DNA from: a virus
Lineage: Duplodnaviria; Caudoviricetes
Strand: one strand, 5' to 3'
Length of the DNA stretch: 60,765 nt
Virus record (IMG/VR): IMGVR_UViG_3300033148_002164
Span: 1-60,765 of that record
This document shows positions 55,546 to 60,765 of this stretch, in pieces. The notes under the pieces are model-generated. The model did no database searches and had not been told where the DNA came from. It saw nothing but the letters and a program-made list of their open reading frames with translations. Numbering within the stretch: the stretch's first letter is position 1; every line of letters begins with the position of its first letter. The translations under genes and the position numbers were made by a program.

Positions 55546-55842
55546 ATGAAGCCCTTGAGAATCCGCCACATCGTCTCCAGCATCAAGCGAGACCAGGACG
55601 CCATCGACCTGATCGAACTGCTTCTGAAAGGCGGTTACAGCCGCAATGAAGTGATCAGCGTGGTCGCCGAGTTCCTGGATGAGAAGGTCGACTTCGTGGC
55701 CGTCGTGCCCGGCCCTGCTGGTGCGACCCTTGAGATCGTGGACGGCCCTCTCTTCCGCGCTGCCCTGATGCTGGTGGTCCCCGCCATTCAGCGCGGCATC
55801 GAGAAGGCTCGACTCAAGGCTGAAGAGATCGCCAACAGTTAG
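55546..55842 (+). CDS. hypothetical protein
   Basis: GAGGAGG RBS. Confidence 0.65.
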   Translation: MKPLRIRHIVSSIKRDQDAIDLIELLLKGGYSRNEVISVVAEFLDEKVDFVAVVPGPAGATLEIVDGPLFRAALMLVVPAIQRGIEKARLKAEEIANS

Positions 55843-55851
55843 GAGTTCCCG

Positions 55852-56646
55852 ATGAGCACAGCCACCACCGCCAATGAGCTCGCCGTCCTCTTCGGGGGAC
55901 GCAAACCCGAGTGGTCGCAGCAGGCGAACATCTTCCAGATCCCGATCAACCCTTCGGCGGGCGTGGATACTGGTAACTCTGTCGTCACCATGTTGGCTGT
56001 CGCTCTTCGGCGGGTCGCGCATTACCGCTCGGCCCGCGTCACGATCACGACCTTCGATGGCACGGCCAACTGGACCGTCACCATCAACGGAACCGGCATC
56101 ACGGCGACCAATCCATACGCCGATGTGGACGCTGCGCTGAAGGGGCTCTTCGACGCAATCGCCGCAGATGCGACGGTGGGTGGCGCTGCTGGAGCGAACC
56201 AGGTGGTGAGTTCTCAGCTGTTGGACTCGAATGGAGCCGTCACCCTTGGTTCGGCTGCTGCTGGCAATCCTGCGGTGACCCTGGAAGTCTTCGGCAGCAA
56301 TGTCGACATCACCCTTGCGGACATCGATTACTCGATCGACAAGTCGGCCAGCGCCACAGGCGTTCTGGCTGTCGACGCCGACGCGCTCACCGCCGACATG
56401 CGGGTGTACTTCTCGGCGCGCGGCTCCGGTCAGAACCTCCCGATCCCCGGCCCTGAGTGGTGGTCGGTTCAACCCACCTACTCCATCGAGACCCGTGGGT
56501 TCATCGAGCGCCTTGACGTTGGTGGTCTGCAGAAGGGCGCCGCCGCACTGTCGAATCTTGTCGGGCACGCCACAGACGGGGTCACCGTCACCTACACCGA
56601 CTCAGCCACCGTCTGGTGGGGGCCTGCTGCACTTGAGGGCGGCTGA
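55852..56646 (+). CDS. putative virion structural protein
   Basis: Beta-rich; shares a T..V.I.G......L..AI module with 36185. Confidence 0.6.
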   Translation: MSTATTANELAVLFGGRKPEWSQQANIFQIPINPSAGVDTGNSVVTMLAVALRRVAHYRSARVTITTFDGTANWTVTINGTGITATNPYADVDAALKGLFDAIAADATVGGAAGANQVVSSQLLDSNGAVTLGSAAAGNPAVTLEVFGSNVDITLADIDYSIDKSASATGVLAVDADALTADMRVYFSARGSGQNLPIPGPEWWSVQPTYSIETRGFIERLDVGGLQKGAAALSNLVGHATDGVTVTYTDSATVWWGPAALEGG

Positions 56647-57290
56647 TGTCTGGCATCACCAGCGCGATTGCTCCGCCGCCCCCTCCGACCCCGCCTGCTC
56701 CGCCTCCAGTTGGAGCCGAGAGCGCCATCGATCTATCCAGTGGCGACTGGACGCTGAGCGCAGACCCGAACAATCTGATCAACTCAGTAGGCAAGAATCA
56801 GGTCGTGGTCAACGCCGTCTCAGCTGATGCCGGCGCCGCGTCTTACGCCTGGTTCACCGGCCCCGTAATCACAGCAGGTAAGAAGTACGTCTTCAGGCAG
56901 AAGATCACCCAAAGTCAGTCGCGGATCGAACTCTTCATTGGTGTGCTCACTGCAGCAGGGGAATGCTGTCAGGGCATTCTCGACGACACCAGCACCGTGA
57001 GCCATCACACCCTGCTGGCGGGCAACGTGGCCACCGTGTCAAACAACGCCGCCTCAATCTACATGCACGTCGACGTGCTGATCGAGGGGGACGGAGACGT
57101 TGCAGCCTACATCGACGCTTATGTGCTGGACGTGAACTATGAGCGAACCAGCGACAAGCACGGCTTGAACGGCGAGAGCGCCGCATCGAACTTCATCGTA
57201 GGTGTGCGCCACCTCGGCACGAACGTGGGCACGCTGGACTTCTGGCTGACCATGGAAGAAGACGAGATCGGCCCGGATGAGTCGCTATGA
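56646..57290 (+). CDS. putative virion protein with a Pro-rich N-terminal linker
   Basis: APPPPPTPPAPPP followed by a beta-rich domain. Confidence 0.6.
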   Translation: MSGITSAIAPPPPPTPPAPPPVGAESAIDLSSGDWTLSADPNNLINSVGKNQVVVNAVSADAGAASYAWFTGPVITAGKKYVFRQKITQSQSRIELFIGVLTAAGECCQGILDDTSTVSHHTLLAGNVATVSNNAASIYMHVDVLIEGDGDVAAYIDAYVLDVNYERTSDKHGLNGESAASNFIVGVRHLGTNVGTLDFWLTMEEDEIGPDESL

Positions 57291-57763
57291 CCACTACCGA
57301 TGCCGGGGAATCTGCCGCCGTTATCTTCGACCACCTGAAGAACGGAGACACGCACCCAGACGAGGTGATGGAACTCCAAGCCATCCACAAGGACCTTCGG
57401 GCTGAGTTGGCTGGACTCAAGGAGCGGGTCGATGCTCAGGACGCATTCGGCGACCTCATCACCGCGCTGGATGACACGCTCTCCAACCTGAGTGGAGACG
57501 TGGCGACCACAACCGCTATCGCCGCTCAGGTGCAGCCGCTGCTGGTGGAGTTCATGGCCTTGAAGGGGAGAGGGCAGGAACTCAAGGCCGAAGAGCTCCG
57601 CGTGCGTACATTAGAGGCAGAGGCCCTCAAAGAATCGGCAGCGAACAACATCAGCCTGCTTGAGATCATGAAACGAAGGGACGTATGGGCAGCTATGGGG
57701 GCCCTCATTCCAACAGCGGGCGGCGTTGGTGGGTTGCTTACGTTCCTGTTTGGAGGCTCCTGA
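57287..57763 (+). CDS. coiled-coil protein with a C-terminal membrane segment (holin-like candidate)
   Basis: VWAAMGALIPTAGGVGGLLTFLFG. Confidence 0.55.
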   Translation: MTTTDAGESAAVIFDHLKNGDTHPDEVMELQAIHKDLRAELAGLKERVDAQDAFGDLITALDDTLSNLSGDVATTTAIAAQVQPLLVEFMALKGRGQELKAEELRVRTLEAEALKESAANNISLLEIMKRRDVWAAMGALIPTAGGVGGLLTFLFGGS

Positions 57764-57939
57764 TGACACGCACAATCCTCATGCTTGAAGAGGTACGAGT
57801 GGAAGTCCCGTCCTCCGAGAAGGACCGCCAGGCCGTGACCACCCTCACCGCCAAATTGAGGGCGCGCCTGAAGGACCGGCAGGATAGGGTAGAGGCGCAG
57901 CGGCGCCGGATCAACGAGCCGCTGAGACACTGAGGTTCC

Positions 57940-58227
57940 ATGGGTCACGACGTCGCCAACATGTCCAACGGTCTCCACATCCAGCCTGGCGGTAGCATCG
58001 GCTACCGATATCAGATCGGATCTCAAGCGCCGTGCTTTCACGGCTTCTCGCCAAACATGACGAAGGCGCAGTTTGAGTCGATCCTGTCAGATGCTGACGT
58101 CAACAAGACTGACTGGCTGAACTCTATGCCGGGCAACGTGAAGATTTGGATGAACAACCGACTCACTGCCGAGCAGGATGCATTCCGCCTCCTCGACATT
58201 GAGGAGGCTTCAGTCAGAGGGCTCTAA
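57940..58227 (+). CDS. hypothetical protein
   Basis: GAGG RBS; last plus-strand gene. Confidence 0.55.
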   Translation: MGHDVANMSNGLHIQPGGSIGYRYQIGSQAPCFHGFSPNMTKAQFESILSDADVNKTDWLNSMPGNVKIWMNNRLTAEQDAFRLLDIEEASVRGL

Positions 58228-58631
58228 GTCCTCCAGAAGCACCACCATCTCTGTTGGTGCTCAAGTCGCCTCTCAAGAAGCGTCACCCTCCCCATCAGGT
58301 GGCGCTCTCTTTGCTCTGATCTACTCTCCATTTCACGAGCGAAGAGCAGCATGTTGTCGAGGTAGTCGCGCAGCATGAGCACGCGGCGGTCCCTCAATTC
58401 CATGGCTGTCATCTCTTCGATTGGCATCTCGCGCAATCGATCTTGCATGGTCTGGTCTATCTGCATGTCGACCAACGCCAGCCGTTCCCGTTGCATCTGC
58501 AAATCAGCCGATAGTCCGGACATTTTACGCCTCCAGTAGTCTCCTCCTGACTGCAGGTCTTGTGCCATCCTCTGACCCCGATAGTTGGCGTTGCTTCGTT
58601 CGACGATTGCGAGGCGATGGCGAAAATGCAA
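58224..58631 (-). CDS. coiled-coil hypothetical protein
   Basis: Convergent ORF ending in RWW..W. Confidence 0.5.
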   Translation of the reverse strand: MHFRHRLAIVERSNANYRGQRMAQDLQSGGDYWRRKMSGLSADLQMQRERLALVDMQIDQTMQDRLREMPIEEMTAMELRDRRVLMLRDYLDNMLLFAREMESRSEQRERHLMGRVTLLERRLEHQQRWWCFWRT

Positions 58632-58674
58632 TCAGCCCGCCACTCGTCGCGATATCGCCATCAGAGTAGCACGC

Positions 58675-58938
58675 TCAAGGCACGCCCGACCGCCACAAAG
58701 CATGGTCATCACACCAAGCGATGGTCGGCAAAGCGAGCACATACCCGGGGGCCTTCCACACACAACAGAACCCGGTAAGGCGCCGCTGCGGTTCCCCACA
58801 CCGCTCAGATAGCGCCAGCGTCCTCTCGGCCACACCAGAAGCCTCGAACTGCTCCACGAGCGTCTGGAGGCCGACGTGCACCACTTGGCCCGGCGTTGTA
58901 GCGGCCCGATGGATGCGCCGCTGTAGTCCGTTGCTCAT
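58675..58938 (-). CDS. hypothetical protein
   Basis: CGE..LTG..VW....CRPS. Confidence 0.45.
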   Translation of the reverse strand: MSNGLQRRIHRAATTPGQVVHVGLQTLVEQFEASGVAERTLALSERCGEPQRRLTGFCCVWKAPGYVLALPTIAWCDDHALWRSGVP

Positions 58939-58999
58939 GATGCTGCCTTCTCGTTGTACTTCTCACGCAGTAGGTCGAACTGGATCGGCGTGTCGGCGC

Positions 59000-59326
59000 T
59001 CATGCGTCCACCTGCTGAGCCATCGCGATACTAACGGACGCTGCGTACTGCCGGAGTTCACTGATATCGAGAACGATGGTGTCGGAGTCAGACGCGCGCA
59101 TCAGCCTGACGGTCTCGGTCAGGAGACTCGATATGTTCGCGAGTACAGACACCGTTGTCGGGTCGCTGCTGTAGATGGCGTTGACGAAGAACACCTTCCC
59201 GTCAGCCAGGGCTGTCCATGCTCCTTGTCTGCGGTCCTCTACGCACTTACCGACGAGTGCGCCTGCCAGTTGATCAAGAGATAGATCGCCGACGACCATG
59301 GTGCTGAGGTCTTTATTCGTTTCCAC
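59000..59326 (-). CDS. hypothetical protein
   Basis: GAAGG RBS, GTG start. Confidence 0.55.
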   Translation of the reverse strand: METNKDLSTMVVGDLSLDQLAGALVGKCVEDRRQGAWTALADGKVFFVNAIYSSDPTTVSVLANISSLLTETVRLMRASDSDTIVLDISELRQYAASVSIAMAQQVDA

Positions 59327-59329
59327 TGT

Positions 59330-59623
59330 TCACCTTCCTCGCGGGACGAACCCGCCTTCTTTGCTGCTGACCTTCATGGCCAAAATTAGATGCCACCCGC
59401 GACCACCGAAAGGGCCGACCGATGTGATGCGATGGAGTTCTCCATTCTTGTCGCGCATGATGTCGAAGACGCGATTGTCTTTCATGCACGCCACAAGGCT
59501 GCCTCGGCGGTAGGCCGGGAGGCCTCGTTGTGAGTTGCCGCGATCAAGTTCGAAGTTGAGGCCGATCAGAATCTCCCCGATCTTCTTCTTGTCTGCTGGA
59601 GTGAACTTGTACGGATGACTCAT
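59330..59623 (-). CDS. hypothetical protein
   Basis: ATGA-coupled. Confidence 0.55.
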   Translation of the reverse strand: MSHPYKFTPADKKKIGEILIGLNFELDRGNSQRGLPAYRRGSLVACMKDNRVFDIMRDKNGELHRITSVGPFGGRGWHLILAMKVSSKEGGFVPRGR

Positions 59624-60315
59624 GCCGCCACCCCAACAGGAGCAACCCCAAGAGCCGCGCACGCCTCCAGGTACTTGTCCCGATCAGCGATCCAAGCCCT
59701 GTGCCCTCTCGCCACCTGGCCGATCATCGTCCGCGCGTCGGCGATGTGCCTGAGGTAGCCCTTCGCCCCACGAGGCCGGACTCTCCAGTGGTTCTTTCCG
59801 GCGAGCAGGTTCAGGTCCTCGTTGCACTTGTCGATCACCTCGCCGATCCGTGAGGTCGGATTCCTCGCCATGATGCGGGCGAACACCTCGATCACTCGGT
59901 CGCGTGGAATGCCGGCCGGCCTCGATGGCTTCGCCCGCTTGCGGACTTGCCTCGACTTGAAGGGCATCTCCTTCACCTTGACCGCCTTCCCGGTCAGAAT
60001 CTCGGACCAGCGGATCAGCGCCTCGTCGCCGTCTTGGTGGAGTTCGATGAACAGGCGCCGGAGCTCGCGCCGGCCCTCAACGATGGGCTGGAACGAGTCC
60101 ATCTCGATCGCCGTCTTGATCTCCTCGTCGGTGCTGCCCTTGACGTAGAACATGATCATCGCGGTCTTGACGTGCTCGGGGAGGTGAGCGGCCTTGATGA
60201 TGGCCTTGAGTTGCTTTGGGTGGAGCACGTAGTAGGCGAGCGTTGCGGGCACGTGGGCCTTGGTGATGAGCAGGTGGAAGTCGTGGCGCCGGTGGAGCGC
60301 GGTCTGCTTACTCAC
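59620..60315 (-). CDS. putative DNA-binding protein (sigma region-4-like segment)
   Basis: LPEHVKTAMIMFYVKGSTDEEI. Confidence 0.55.
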   Translation of the reverse strand: MSKQTALHRRHDFHLLITKAHVPATLAYYVLHPKQLKAIIKAAHLPEHVKTAMIMFYVKGSTDEEIKTAIEMDSFQPIVEGRRELRRLFIELHQDGDEALIRWSEILTGKAVKVKEMPFKSRQVRKRAKPSRPAGIPRDRVIEVFARIMARNPTSRIGEVIDKCNEDLNLLAGKNHWRVRPRGAKGYLRHIADARTMIGQVARGHRAWIADRDKYLEACAALGVAPVGVAA

Positions 60316-60505
60316 GGTTTGCCTCCAGCCACGCCCGCCCCGAATCCGTGATCAATGCGCGGTCCTTCCGGTACTTCGCGAACTTCCGATCGACCAGCCC
60401 ACGAATGGTGGCGATCGGAAACTCGATGATGAGCACCCCGTTGGAGTTCTGGCTCAGGCGGTAGAGCGCGCCTGCTTGCTTCGGTGTAGGTGGTGCGGTC
60501 TTCAT
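60308..60505 (-). CDS. small winged-helix protein
   Basis: T.KQ..AL..ATIRGLVDRK..ITDSG. Confidence 0.6.
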   Translation of the reverse strand: MKTAPPTPKQAGALYRLSQNSNGVLIIEFPIATIRGLVDRKFAKYRKDRALITDSGRAWLEANRE

Positions 60506-60651
60506 GTTCCCTCTGTGGTTGCGGCCTTGGCCAGTTCTTCGAGTTCAGCCAACTTGGCCAACTCCTCCTCGGTGTAGGTCTCAAGCAGGATCGTCTGGCC
60601 CGACCACTTGGGCCAAGCGCCAGTCCACGCCCGCGCGTCGTCGACGATCAT
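60502..60651 (-). CDS. C-terminus of the SMC/Rad50-like ATPase across the circular join
   Basis: Walker B-like MIVDD follows LASGGE in the same frame. Confidence 0.85.
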   Translation of the reverse strand: MIVDDARAWTGAWPKWSGQTILLETYTEEELAKLAELEELAKAATTEGT

Positions 60652-60765
60652 CGTCATGTAGGGGCGCTTGCAGGCGATCCGGAGTGCGTTGCGGAAGCAG
60701 GCGTCGGCGTGGACCTCCTCCCCGCCAGAGGCCAGCCACCACGGACGGCCGTCTACCAGCACCTC
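60652..60765. repeat. 114-bp exact terminal direct repeat, copy 2
   Basis: Identical to 1-114. Confidence 0.97.

Noticed and set aside
30483-56568. Long antisense ORFs (e.g. 30483-31580, 37198-38370, 42967-44049, 44757-45956, 55297-56568)
   Set aside because: They are shadows of high-GC codon bias opposite well-supported genes, with no RBS or motifs.
53822-57290. Diversity-generating retroelement or invertible tail-fibre system
   Set aside because: No reverse transcriptase, invertase or template/variable repeat pair was seen.
1-60765. tRNA genes or an alternative genetic code
   Set aside because: No tRNA cloverleaf with TTC and CCA hallmarks was noticed, and core genes are intact under the standard code using all three stop codons.

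Overview
This window is most likely a complete, circularised ~60.65 kb GC-rich tailed-phage genome with a contractile tail (myovirus-type). Bases 1-114 are repeated exactly at 60652-60765, and an SMC/Rad50-like ATPase gene reads in frame across that join. The minus strand (about 58.2 kb through the join to 24.3 kb) carries early functions: YqaJ/RecT recombination, the SMC-like ATPase, three DNA methyltransferases, a MazG-like protein, HNH proteins, a RecU-like resolvase, and a replication initiator with iterons plus a loader. The plus strand (24.4-58.2 kb) carries terminase, portal, head, sheath/tube, tape measure, baseplate, fibre and an M15 peptidase. Five minus-strand accessory islands, each with its own sigma70-like promoter, interrupt the structural region. 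I found no integrase, DNA polymerase, tRNA or CRISPR array. A MopE-repeat lipoprotein with an 'LLLLAC' signal hints at a Myxococcota/deltaproteobacterial host (inference). The most striking signal is regulatory. Many early genes share an extended ribosome-binding motif, GGAGAACGAC(A). A promoter-driven, terminator-like ~60-nt minus-strand hairpin at 51546-51608 displays the exact antisense of that motif, making it a candidate single sRNA acting on a dispersed early regulon. All family assignments come from my recognition of motifs; no database searches were run.
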